Source: Macrostomum hystrix
Taxonomy: Eukaryota; Animalia; Platyhelminthes
Reading direction: 5' to 3'
Assembly (NCBI GenBank): GCA_950097015.1
Contig: CATNEN010000029.1
Span: forward strand, 1,426,001-1,490,000
Length of the DNA stretch: 64,000 nucleotides
Numbering within the stretch: position 1 is the first letter of the stretch; each line of letters starts with the position of its first letter. This document shows, piece by piece, positions 49,975 through 62,123 of the stretch. The notes beneath the pieces are model-generated. The model made no database searches. It was not told the origin of the DNA and worked only from the letters and a program-made list of their open reading frames with translations. The translations under genes and the position numbers were made by a program.

Positions 49975-52900
49975 ATGGCTGAATTGCCCTTTAAGTGGAA
50001 GAAAGTAGCGCATACATCATCAGGCAATATCCCACTGCCACGACCTCGCCACGGTCACAAAGCGGTTTCCATTAAGGATTTAATCATTATCTTTGGAGGT
50101 GGAAACGAAGGGATCATAGACGATCTGCATGTTTTCAACACAAGTAAGCAGGTTTTTTTATGTTAATAATTTGTTATATAGGCCTAGTTACACTTTCTTT
50201 GACATATTCTTAAACCTATTGTAAACCTAGCCAGATAATTTTTCAATCTTGACAAATCTTGACAAGATATTTTCATGCCTTTATATCATGTACATCATAT
50301 TAATTGTATATCAGATTGTGGTCATGATAACAAGAGATTGTGATCATGAATGAAAATACTTGTGATTACAGTTGATCTCTAGTTTGCAGTCATGTACATT
50401 TACAGCATGTACAGTTTTGCAAAACTGTAAAAAACTGTTGTTAAAGTTCAAGAAATTGCCTCTGCTAGTGAATGCCTCTTTTGCTACTTTTGCTACTTTA
50501 AGCATCTCTTTCTTAATCGTTTTTTGTGTTTAAACGGAATTCATAAAAAAGGTCAGAATACATTATTTACATTTTTTTATCTCATAATCTCATTAGCATT
50601 CATTTTTGCAATGATAACAAAATGCATTAAAAAGAAAATAATATTTAAGTGACTATATTTTTCAATTTGAATTATTACATTACTTTAAAAATCATTCCAC
50701 ATAAATAGAAAAAATGACAACTTACAAAATGTTTCTATCATCACTCATAGAATAATTTATATTTATATATCTTCCCATTTTGCCTAAAGCCACCAGTCAG
50801 TGGTTCCAACCGCAGGTTCGTGGTGATGTTCCCCATGGCTGCGCCGCCTTTGGCTTCGTTGTTGAAGGCACCCGGATCCTGCTGTTTGGCGGCATGATGG
50901 AATACGGTCGCTACTCTGACGAAGTATTCGAACTGCAGGCAACTCGATGGGAGTGGAAGCGCATCAAGCCGAAGCCGCCACGCCACGGACCGCCGCCGTG
51001 CGCCCGCCTCGGCCACTCTTTCACCCTTGCCGGCGGTCGAGCCATCCTATTCGGCGGCCTGGCCAACAAAAGCAACGATCTCAAGGCCAATGTACCTCAT
51101 TATCTGGACGATCTGTACGCCATGGATACTAAACTCGGCGGCACCGCCTGGGATCTACTGAAGCCGGTTGGTATGACGCCGTGCCCGCGCGAGTCACACA
51201 CCGCCGTGAGCTTCCAGACTGCCACCGTTAATAATCAGCGCAAATGGCACCTGCTTGTGTTTGGAGGTATGAACAATGGCACTAGGCTGAATGATCTGTG
51301 GCAACTGGATCTGGAGTCTCTGGTGTGGACAAGGCCTATGTGTCAGAATAGTCCGCCGGCGCCTCGCTCGCTGCACAGCGCCACCATGATCGGCCCTAAG
51401 ATGTTCGTCTTTGGCGGCTGGTCGGCCATGACTGAGCGCGACAAAGCCGACGCGCTCAGCGTTGGCGATACAGCCCAGGCTGAAGCTGAGTGGCGCTGTA
51501 CCAACACCCTGGCCTGCTTGGACTTGGAATCCTATACCTGGCAGGTGTGCGAATACGCTTCCACCGCCGCGGCCGACGATCTGGCTCCAAGGCCGCGCGC
51601 CGGCCACTGCGCTGTTGCCGTCAATAGCCGGCTGTGGATCTGGTCCGGTCGCGACGGCTTTCGCAAGGCCTGGGGCAATCAGGTTAGCCTGCTAATAATA
51701 AATAATAAATAACCTGTCCGATTTGGGCCAGGGGTGCAGCCGATAGCACAGCCCATGCCCGACTGTTCAATCCATGGACTGGGGGGACGCCACGTCCACT
51801 CTCAATTACCCCAGCTGATGCTGGTTTTAACAGCTAGTTTTACCCTGCTCAATTTTAACAGCTGGGTGAACTGAAGCAATGTTGACTTTAGTGTCTTGTT
51901 CAAGTTTTTTTTCCAGTGTAGTTGAAAATCGAACCCCCGTCCTTCAAGCCGTGAGTCCGGCGCTCATACCACCAGGCTTCAAACTCGTCGTAGTAGTCTG
52001 CTAGTTTTTGGCTACTGTCTTTTCTTCGAATAAATATTCTTTACTTTACTTCAGTTAGTTAATGCGTTCATTAAATCTCTTCATTCCAGGTGTGCTTCAA
52101 GGATCTGTGGTTTCTGGAGACCGACGCTCCGCCAGCAGTTGGCCGTGTACAGCTAGTGAAGGCCAACACTCACAGCCTGGATGTCAGCTGGACGCCGGTG
52201 CCAACCGCCGACGAGTACATACTGCAAATACAAAAGTACGACCTGGTTGTGCCAGCTCCGACGCCTCCGCCGACGCCAACATCGGCTGCTATTCAACCAG
52301 GCGTGGCCGCCCTGATGGCCGCCGGTGTGCCCGTGTCCGCTGCCATGGCCGCCGGCGGCGTTGCCAGGGTGACGCTTCAGCCGCAACGCGTGGCACCCAC
52401 AGTGGTTGTTAGCCGGCCAGCTCAGGTCATCCAGCTGGCCAGGCCGGTAGGTCAGCTGACTCCTCAGCAGCAGCAGCAGCAGCAGCTCATGACGCTAGTA
52501 AAAACGCCAACAGGGCAGCAGATTCTGCGCCCGGCTGTGGCCACTGCATCCCAGGTGGTGAAGCTTCTGCCGCAGCAGGCCCGGACGCTAGCCGCCGGGG
52601 CGCCTGGCACCTCTAAGTACATAATCGCGGCTAGTCGAGGCTCCATTGGCCAGCAGCCGCAGGCCACCGCCTCTCCTATCATCGTTATGAACGCTCCAAC
52701 TGGCCAGACGGCGCCTACATTCACTGTCAAGCCGGTCATCAGCGGAGGCGCCGGCAATTCCGCTAGCGGCGAATCCGGTGGCAACGCCGGCGGTTCGATT
52801 CCGCAATACGACGGCGCCGCTAACGACGACGACGAAGAAGATGCCGGTGAAGAGAAGTCGACTGGCGCAACGCCGATATCGACTGCTGCTGGCCACGGTG

Positions 52901-53814
52901 CTACGCCGACCGCGTCAGTTGCCACCGCTGCCTGCGGCGCAGAGGATCTGCCAACCGACCTGCCCTTCGATTTGTTCGCCACCGTGGCCGATACTGCCAA
53001 CGGCACACCCGGCCTACTGGCCGACCCTCTGGCCACCTTAGCTAGCGTGGCTGCGGCCGGACTGAAAAAGGTCACGCCGACAGTGTCGACATCTGCCAAT
53101 ACGGCTGGCCCTAATCCGGGCCTGTCACCGGCATCGTCCAATGCCGACACCGGCGGCGGGCTCTGGCACGATGTGGCCAGCATTCGCGGCACATCCTATT
53201 GTGTACGCAATTATTTGGCTCCAAATTCTGCCGGCGTACTCGAGCGCTGCGATCTGGCGCCCGGCACCGCTTATCGATTTCGCATCTGCGCCGTCAACGC
53301 CTGCGGCCGCGGGCCCTGGTCCGAGGTGGCCGCTTACAAAACCTGCGTCCCCGGCTTCCCCGGCGCTCCGTCGGCTATTAAGATCAACAAGTCCGATTAT
53401 GGCGCCCAGCTGTCCTGGGAGCCACCGCCGCCAAGCGCCCCCGGCTCCGGCGATATCTTCGAATACACGGTCTATTTGGCTGTGAAACCAGCCCCAGCCG
53501 GTGGCATCGAGGCTAAGCTCGGCCAGCAGCAGCAGCAGATGTCATTCGCCCGTGTGTACTGCGGCTCCCAGCCATTCTGCCAGGTGTCCAATCAGAGCTT
53601 GGCGGCTGCTTACATCGACCTCAGCAGTAAGCCGGCTGTTATATTTCGCATCGCCGCTCGCAACGACAAAGGCTACGGCCCGGCTACTCAGGTGCGCTGG
53701 CTGCAGGAGGGCGCCTCGGCTCTGCCCGGCGTTGGCATCGCCGGAGCCGGCGCTAAGCGTCTAGCCGGACAGGATCCGCTGCAGCAGGCTAAGCGGATTA
53801 AAGACGATTATTAA
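49975..53814 (+). CDS. HCFC1: Host cell factor (Kelch repeats, FN3, low-complexity linker, C-terminal FN3), ~928 aa
   Basis: join(49975..50143,50790..51682,52090..53814) = 2787 nt, GT-AG. Motifs: [119 protein letters not shown]. Confidence 0.96.
51765..51978 (+). mobile_element. SINE/LINE fragment with L2-type 3' tail (HCF intron 2)
   Basis: Similar to 37880-38065 and to the 46545-46617 fragment. Confidence 0.6.
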
Positions 53815-54639
53815 TACTGATTGCGGTGTGCTCTATGGAGTTGTTGCCTAATGCTGCTGCTGCTGCATGCTTGGATATTTGTCTAACATTTAAGCCTGCC
53901 TATTGGCGCACGGTTATTTCATATTGAGTCGGTTTTTTTCTTTTCCTGTTTTCTATTCTTAATTTCTGTTTATAAGCCTCTTTATAAGTCTCTGTCCTTA
54001 CGCAGCATGCCTATTAAACATTAAACTTGTTTAAATAACATAGTCGTTTCTATGAATATTAAACTCCTCCGTTCACCCTTACCAGTGCAGCTATGTACTT
54101 TAAATGTCTCCGATAGTTGTTATCTCACTTTTGTATAATTGACAAGCCTGTCTGTTAATTTTGTTTATCATTGCACTTATTCAATAGTTTTCCATTTTTT
54201 GTAATCTGTTCGGGATTAATCTAATATAATACTGTACTCACATTTCTGTACAAAGTTAAGCTAAGATTCTGTCATAATTTGGTGTAATTATTTGTTTCAA
54301 AGCCTACTTCGCACCTTCCTGACCGTTTAGCGGGCGCAACTTTTTACTCTGTTTAATTGTTAGCGTTTTTTTATAAAAAAAACAAAACACAACCGCATTG
54401 CTTAGCTAATTAGGAGTAGTTTGAAGCCACTATTGTGTAAATACCGACTCCCTACTCAAATTGCTAATATGTGTGTCTGTATAACTATGGGCGGCACTGA
54501 ATTGTTTGTCATTTATTTGAATAAATTAAGAAACCAGAAAACTCCCGACATTGAATCGATTGCGTCATTAATTATGCACGCATGATGTGTCGAAAATTTT
54601 ATTAAGTTATAGTTTTTTGTTACTATTTTTTATTCTTTT

Positions 54640-54930
54640 TTATTAAAGGCTTTTTAATCAGTCAATTAATCAATAAACTGACAGAATCTGACATGTCAAT
54701 CAATCACAAAAATGATTCCTCTATCCGTCCTATCAATCAATCACTGAACCAATTCATCATTAGACCATAATAATATGTCAATTCATCAATCAGACCTGTC
54801 AATCAATCACTATATTGGTTGATTTTTTTACACTTATTCATCGACCACTGAAGTTATTCATTAATCGTAACAAAATTATCAATCAAAGTTTTTAATTAGT
54901 CACTAAAGAGATTCATCAAATAAACTGATC
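54640..54930. repeat. Degenerate (ATCA)n-rich low-complexity region
   Basis: Recurrent AATCAATCA / ATTCATCA motifs between the convergent HCF and fibrinogen-domain gene ends. Confidence 0.6.
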
Positions 54931-55051
54931 AAAATACGCCACTCGTAGCTTTAAAAAGTCTATCTCAAAATCAAAAACAATTAACTACTTATCCCTGCTC
55001 AGGCATTAAAAAATCGATAGTGCTCAAATACTGCAGTCAATTGCCTGTGCA

Positions 55052-58000
55052 TCAGACCTCGATAAGCAGGCGCACCTCCTTCAACGGTGTCCATTTGCGC
55101 ACTTTCGACCAGGTGCAGCCAATCAGGACAGTCCGATTCAGCCCCATAAAAGACCTGGCCTCGTGCTGCTGGCGCGGATCCCCGACGCCAACGCCTGGCA
55201 GGGCATCGCTGAAGTGAAACAGCCCGTTGGGATTGAAGTCCACAACATTGCCGTACTGCTGGCCGATGCGGTGGTGGTTCCACCACCAGCCGGCGTAGCC
55301 CAGAGAGCGAAGCAGTTGCGCGCCGCTTTGATGGCCGTAGTAGCGGTGATAGTTGTAGACTGATTGCATGGGTCTGGACAGCCGGTCTTGCGTTGAGAAC
55401 TGCATATTCTTACTGCTGGATAGCAGATCGTCCGGCCCAGTGTTAGACTGCCGCCTCAGGTAGCTATTGTAGGTGAGGTTGTAACCAGGTCCAGCCAATC
55501 TGAAGCCTGAGTACTCTGCGTACAGTAGGCTGCCGTTCCACAGGCGGGCCTCGATGCGCATCAGCGAACCAAAGGGCCGCGTCAAAGCCGACATGCTGCG
55601 CAGACCTGAGGGGAATTCGCCAAACCGAGTGTGCTCAAAGGCTGTAACTGCGGTGGGACTCTTTACGAAAATTCTACCCCAATCCAATGAGATTTGATCC
55701 AGATTTCCATAAATCATTAACCAAATTGTGATCCGAATTCGTGATCCCAAATTCATTCCGCATATCTGATCCCATTCCTGCACTGTCACCCACATCTCTG
55801 ACCCCTTACCAATCCAGCAGTTCCCGCTGTCACCCACATCTCTGACCCCTTACCAATCCAGCAGTTCTCGCTGTCGTCCACATCTCTGACCCCTTACCAA
55901 TCCAGCAGTTCCCGCTGTCATCCACATCTCTGACCCCTTACCAATCCAGAAGTTCTCGCTGTCACCCACATCTCTGACCCCTTACCAATCCAGCAGTTCT
56001 CGCTGTCGTCCACATCTCTGACCCCTTACCAATCCAGAAGTTCTCGCTGTCACCCACATCTCTGACCCCTTACCAATCCAGCAGTTCTCGCTGTCGTCCA
56101 CATCTCTGACCCCTTACCAATCCAGCAGTTCCCGCTGTCGTCCACATCTCTGACCCCTTACCAATCCAGAAGTTCTCGCTGTCACCCACATCTCTGACCC
56201 CTTACCAATCCAGAAGTTCTCGCTGTCACCCACATCTCTGACCCCTTACCAATCCAGAAGTTCTCGCTGTCGCCGAATCCCTCCTCATATTCGGTCCAGT
56301 TCTGGGCAAAGCTAATGCCCGGTGATTTGCGTTGCTGCGCCACCAGGAAGCTACGCCCGTCGGCTAGGCTGACAAACTGGCAGGCGCCGGAGCCGCCGCA
56401 AGTCACACTGGTCGAAGACATCGAATTCGGCTGTTCTGGCGAAGCCTGTGCCGGTTTCAGTATCAGAGGCGGGTTCGTCAGTGGCACGGAGAGGCGGAGC
56501 CCGTCTGTGTCGATTCGACAGCCGCCGGAAGCCAGAAACACCGGGCGCCAGCCGATGCGGGAGAACAGGACAAGCGGGTCCGCCTCCAAGGCTGAGCTGG
56601 AAGGCCAACGAACCCCACATCAGATCTAGACATGGCCCTTCCTATCTATTTAAAAGTTATCCGTCATTCCCTCTCTTTTATCTGTCACTCCCTCTCTTTT
56701 ATCTGTCACTCTGTCTCGGTTTCTGTCACTCCCTCTCTGACATCTGTCACTCCCTCCCTTATATCTGTCACTCCCTATCTGACATCTGTCACTCCCTCCC
56801 TTATATCTTTCACTCCCTCTCTGACATCTGTCACTCCCTCACTTACATATGTCACTCCCTCTCTTGTATCTGGGACTGCCTCTCTGTTTCTGTCACTCCC
56901 TCACTTACATATGTCACTCCCTCTCTTGTATCTGGGACTCCCTCTCTGTTTCTGTCACTCACTCTCGGTTTCCGTCACTCACTCTCGGTTTCCGTCACTC
57001 ACTCTCGGTTTCCGTCACTCACTCTCGGTTTCAGTCACTCACTCTCGGTTTCTGTCATGTCAGAATGCAAGCTCCAGAACTCACCGCAGTTCGGCGCACT
57101 CGCCAGCGCCGCCGCAGGGCACCCGCAGCAGCAGGCCGGCCTCGTCGGCTCCAAGTCGCACCTGCGGCGCCAGCCGACCAACTGAGCCGCTGGCCGGCCA
57201 ACCGCGCAGAGTCGGCCGCGGATCCAGTAGCTTTAAATAGGTGGCGTTCGGCTCGCGACCGCCAGTTACCAACCGGTTTTTCGCGAGCCAATCGTTGGCA
57301 CTCCTCAGCGCCTCCTCGCTGCGCAGCAGGATGTCCAGCCGCAGGTAGCTCAGCTGGCGGTTGAAGTCGCGTCGCAAATCGACTCCGCTACCTCCCGCCG
57401 GCTGGTAGCACAGCAGCGGCTCCAGGTAGAAACTGCCAGCTGACTGATGAAGCCGGATGCTGCAGTTGGCGCTGCCGATCTTGGCAACAAAGCTAGGCAG
57501 CGCGGCGAAGTTCTGGCATGTCGGCGGTACGCGTCTGGTGGCCAATGACTGGCCTCGGATTGAACGATAAGCGCTGTGCTGTACGCTGATTGGCTTGTTG
57601 AAGATTTTCTGATTGGCTGAACCGCCGCACGGGCTGAGAAGGGTGGCTTTCGCTGAAAGTGGCTCCATCGGCTCCCAGCGGCCCTCGCGGAGTAGATGAC
57701 TGACGGTGATGTGGATGGATTGGGCTGCTGGCTCCATAGACTAGTCATTAAAATCTCTATTGACTAGTCATTAAAATTTTATAGACTAGTCATTAAAATC
57801 TCTATAGACTAGACATTAAAATCTCTATAGACTAGTCACTAAAATCTCTATGGACTAGTCAGTCCAGATATTTGAATCTCTGTAGACTAGTCAGTCAAGA
57901 TATTAAAATCTCTATAGACTAGTCATTAAAATCTCTATAGACTAGACATTAAAATCTCTATAGACTAGTCAGTCCAGATATTAAAATCTCTATAGAACAG

Positions 58001-58739
58001 TCAGTCCAGATATTAAAATCTCTATAGAATAGTCAGTCCAGATATTAAAATCTCTATAGACTAGTCAGTCCAGATATTAAAATCTCTATAGACTAGTCAG
58101 TCCAAATATTAAAATATCTATAGACTAGTCAGTCCAAATATTAAAATATCTATAGACTAGTCAGTCCAGATATTTAAATGTCAATAGACTTCCTTACGAC
58201 ATTACGGAGCAGGCGATGCCCTTGCAGCTCAGTTTAAGCACTCCGACACCCGGATCTGACGGACTCCAGACAAAATCGCGCGGCTCAAACAGCAGCTGTG
58301 GTCGGTCGCCGTTGTCGTTCAAGGCGGTGACTTCAACCGCAGCTTCCGTCATGCTCAAATAATCAGCGGAATCGGCGGCATCAATGCTGGGTCCCATCAG
58401 CTGCCTGACAGCGTCCTCCAGCATAGTACGATTCGCCAGCATCACCGGAACGTTGATGTACGAATAGCCGCCAATGGGGTCAGCCAGAATCATTGTTGCT
58501 GGATCTTCAGCGCCGCGACGAGAAAGCAATCCAGCTGGAATGCAGAAAGCCGGCTCCAGCCACAGACGCTGCAGAGTTTCATTGCCAGTTGAGACTGAGG
58601 AGCGCCACACAGTCAGCTGGCAGCCGTGTGACATGACGGTGCTCAGCAAGCTCATGTTGCACCCGGTTACCATGGTAACAATTGACGCCACTGCCAAGAT
58701 TGACAACAGCATCTGCTGCTGCCGAAACGAGCTCATTTT
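55052..58739 (-). CDS. Secreted protein with an uncharacterised N-terminal region and a divergent C-terminal fibrinogen-related domain (~696 aa)
   Basis: complement(join(55052..55605,56250..56596,57085..57740,58206..58739)) = 2091 nt, phases 0/2/1. Signal-peptide-like LLSILAVASIVTMVTG. FReD motifs: FLVAQQR..SFAQNWTEYEEGFGD..FWIG, YAEYSGFRL, MQFSTQD, AGWWWN, LKEVRLLI. Confidence 0.82.
55785..56272. repeat. 44-bp minisatellite made of an exon end plus 5' splice site, ~11 copies
   Basis: Minus-strand unit ACAGCGAGAACTTCTGGATTG|GTAAGGGGTCAGAGATGTGGGTG; the first copy is the exon 3/intron 3 junction of the fibrinogen-domain gene. Confidence 0.95.
56665..57060. repeat. Degenerate CTGTCACTCC/CCGTCACTCA repeat (fibrinogen-domain gene intron 2)
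   Basis: Direct reading; shares the CTGTCACTCC core with 15630-16870. Confidence 0.85.
57736..58185. repeat. 23/31-bp minisatellite overlapping the 3' splice site (fibrinogen-domain gene intron 1)
   Basis: Unit ATAGACTAGTCATTAAAATCTCT; the terminal unit provides the acceptor TAG and the first 5 nt of exon 2. Confidence 0.9.
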
Positions 58740-60027
58740 GAACAACTTTTCTGCTGCTAAAGCAGACAAAAACCCTTTTTGCTGTTACGTTAAAAAGCGT
58801 TGACCTTGTCGTCGAAAGAAAACTTGCAAACTGACTTTTAAATGCTTTTCAAAATCACTGCACCGCGTGTGATGAGACTATTGGTCTGCTTTACCCAGAT
58901 TCTAATCTTGATTGCATGACATCTAAACAAAACTACTAAAACGATCGAAAGCGCCCAGAATCAAACTGATTAAGCGTTTGCTTCTTTGCATGTATTCACA
59001 AACCTGGACAGCATAAACAATTATCTCCGTTGACCCGTTCAATACAGGTGTGTCTAGTCGAGGCTAAACTGATTTCACAGTCTGATGTGTCTCTCTCTCT
59101 CTACCCAGTTAGAATGAAACTGATCTCGACCGGACTTTCGTCACAGATTGCGTGAAATCCGTACCGTGACTACAACTATTTCCCTACATATCGGCTAGCT
59201 GCTGACTAATTAAATAAACATCTGGCAAAATAACAGAAGCTGGTCCTGTAATACATATTATAATTTTATTATTTCGCTACATATCGGCTAGCTGTTGACC
59301 AATCAAATATTTATTTGACTTAACAGAGACTAGTCTAAGATTAGAGAATTATAATTATTTCGCTACATATCGGCTAGCTAATAAATATAACTAAGACCGC
59401 TTTTTAGGGAAAATCTGAATCATATTACTACGAGGGGTGTCCCAGAAATAGCGGGAAAATCGATGCACAGGCTACGCCACTGATAAATAAACATTAAGCA
59501 ATTCTAACGCTTTTTTAACCAAGAAAATATGTCAATTCATTAAAAAGTTATGGCTAAAATTAGAACAAGGGGTAAGGGGTAGAGCAATGACTTCTACATG
59601 TATATAATAGCATCTGGACTGGAAACGAGAAATAAATTTAACAATTATTTTACCATTTGAGGCCAATGTTTAGCTGAGCACAGCGGCTCTCCAGAGAAAC
59701 ATATCTACTTAAGCCGTCACACATCTCAAGGCGCCTACATTCCAGGCATGCACATTGAATTTGGTGGAAATCCTATGTTGTGGAGAGAAATGGAGTCTAC
59801 TTTTTTCGGAGAAGCATTTCCAATTGATTTCAATGGCGTTTCAAATTGGCATTCCATCGGTCCTCCAGTTGTTCACCATAGACACTTGTTCCAGAACTGC
59901 CACGACTTATGGCCCCGTAGTGGCACCAATTTGAATTGAATCAGATTACCTAGTTGTTTCATTTCATACTCAACGCAGTTTCCTCAGTTTTCTTTGCCAA
60001 GGATTTCTGCGCTATAAATCCTTCACT

Positions 60028-61349
60028 ATGGTGAACAAGTGTTCCGCATTCGGTTGCAAGAGCGGCCTCGCTAATAGTTCAACGCCAGGTACTGTGAAAT
60101 TTCATTGCTATCCACTCAACAACCCGAGTCTATTGAAAAAATGGAATAAAGCAAATCCGAGGAAGGCGTTTCAGCCCACGAAGTATTCTCGTATCTGCTC
60201 GCTTCATTGCACCACTGAGGACCTCGTCGAAACAACTCGAGATAGCAATATCACTCGCAGAGAGAAGAAAGGCCAGCTGACCAATCGTTATCTGAGGCAA
60301 GATGCGGTGCCAACTATCTTTCCTAATGCACCTGCATACCTTTCTTCTGTCCGGCAAGCAGCTCGGGGCACATGCTCTGCGACATCATCTGCGCGTCTGG
60401 AGGCTGAAAACATGCGTCTCGATGATCAAATCGCCGACTTCTTTGCCAAAGATTCAATTCTCAGTTGCTCGCCACGAGAAATTCAAGAATTGCTCGAATC
60501 AGAGGAAACGAGACCAGATGGCTTTCAAACTGCAATTTTGCAACGAGTTCCTATGCATCTTCATGCTGGAGGTAAAGCATGTCTGCCAGGTTGCGTGCTC
60601 CATCTGCATTGGACCGAATCACAAAGTCTCCGTTGGTCTGAATGGCACAGCACTGTTACAAGACCAGGTGGTAAAATCGGTTGGCACGGATGGAAAAGTT
60701 TCTTCCATCAGTGAAGTTGTGAATTTGATGGCTCGAGTCAAGAATTTGAAAGAAGGTCTTGAACGCACTGAGCAGCAGATGTTGCCTGATGCTGTTGTTA
60801 AGAAGCATTTCGCTCACTTCATGGACATGGCCCACAACAATCTGACAAGTGCTCTAGAGCAAAAGGAAGACAGGTCGGTGACAGCGCGGGTGCGCATCTT
60901 GCCGCGAACTTCTGCTTGGCTCTGACGATCTGCCGCCTCTTGAGACTTATGGCGAGATTCAGGCCACGGCCATCGTCTTCTTGGAGGAGATCAACCGGGG
61001 TGGCCTGTCCAAGCCGTCTGATATCGCTTTTGGGCTGGCCAGAAACTGCTGGCAGGTGTTCGAGGAGATCCAGCAGAGCAATGAACTGCGCAGACGGCTG
61101 CTGTATGCGCCCAACCAGATGCAGCTGTTCTGTCACATTGTCGATGAGATGATGGATGACAGCAACTATCTGGAACATTTCATGGGTCAGACGATGTGCA
61201 CGGATGGCCATGATGTGAAAGAAGGAATCGTCTGTGCATTTTTCAACTGCATGATGAAAAATCTAGTCAAGGACGTTTCGGTTGGTGGAGCTGGGGCTCG
61301 AAGTAAGCGAAAGTCGGCCAAACTTTCCAGTGCAAGAACAGACAAGTAA
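60028..61349 (+). pseudogene. Internally deleted THAP-domain P-element/THAP9-like transposase
   Basis: N-terminal THAP (MVNKCSAFGC...W...ICSLH...AVPTIF) with a frameshift near 60540. It joins near 60880 to a P-type C-terminus (CASCRELL, INRGGLSKPS, C..GH...FFNCMMKN). No catalytic core lies between; element ends not resolved. Confidence 0.75.
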
Positions 61350-61645
61350 CTTTCATTTGATGCCAATATGACCTCTGTGAACACTCTTCTGCAAGTTCTA
61401 CGCGGATCGACTGGGAAGTCCAAAAACTTCAATTCATCGGATCTTGTCTGTGTATCTTGGTATGGTGAAACTGACGGCGAGATGGGTGCCCCGTTTCTTG
61501 ACAGAAGAAATGAAAACTGTAAGAATGAAGTCCTGCATGCAGGGAGAATCTTGAGCTGGTGCGTGATGCTGGTGGATGGGAGAGTTTCCGACCCTATCTG
61601 GTGACCGGCGATGACACCTGGATACCGCACTTTGACCCTGAGACC

Positions 61646-62123
61646 GGGTCGCTTTCACAAACCCTAATTTTCACAACGTCTAAACCAGATCCTTTCATAA
61701 GCCCTAAATTTCACAAACCCTAAATTTCACAACGTCGAAAAAAAGCAATGCCACAGATTTCACAGCACCTAAATTTCACAAGCCCTAAATTTCACAACGC
61801 CTAAAAGGCATGCACAGATTTTCATAAGCTCTAAAATTCATAAGCCCTAAATTTCACAAGCCATAATTTTCCAAGACCTAATTTTCACAACGTCGAAAAG
61901 CCATGCACAGAAACTTTAGGGCTTGTGAAGTTTCTGTGCATTTCTTTTCGACGTTGTGAAAATTAGGTCTTGTGAAAATTATGGCTTGTGAAATTTAGGG
62001 CTTGTGAAGTCGGAAGCAACTTTTGTTTTCGACGTTGTGAAATTTAGAGCTTGTGAAATTTAGAGCTTATGAAATTCTGTGCACGGATTTTCGACGTGAA
62101 AATTAGGGTGTGTGAAACGACCC
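61646..62123. mobile_element. Foldback/Mutator-like MITE with modular CCCTAAATTTCACAA repeats
   Basis: Ends GGGTCGCTTTCACA / TGTGAAACGACCC; exact 9-bp TSD CCTGAGACC (61637-61645 and 62124-62132). Removing it restores mariner ...HFDPETKQESK. Confidence 0.9.
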
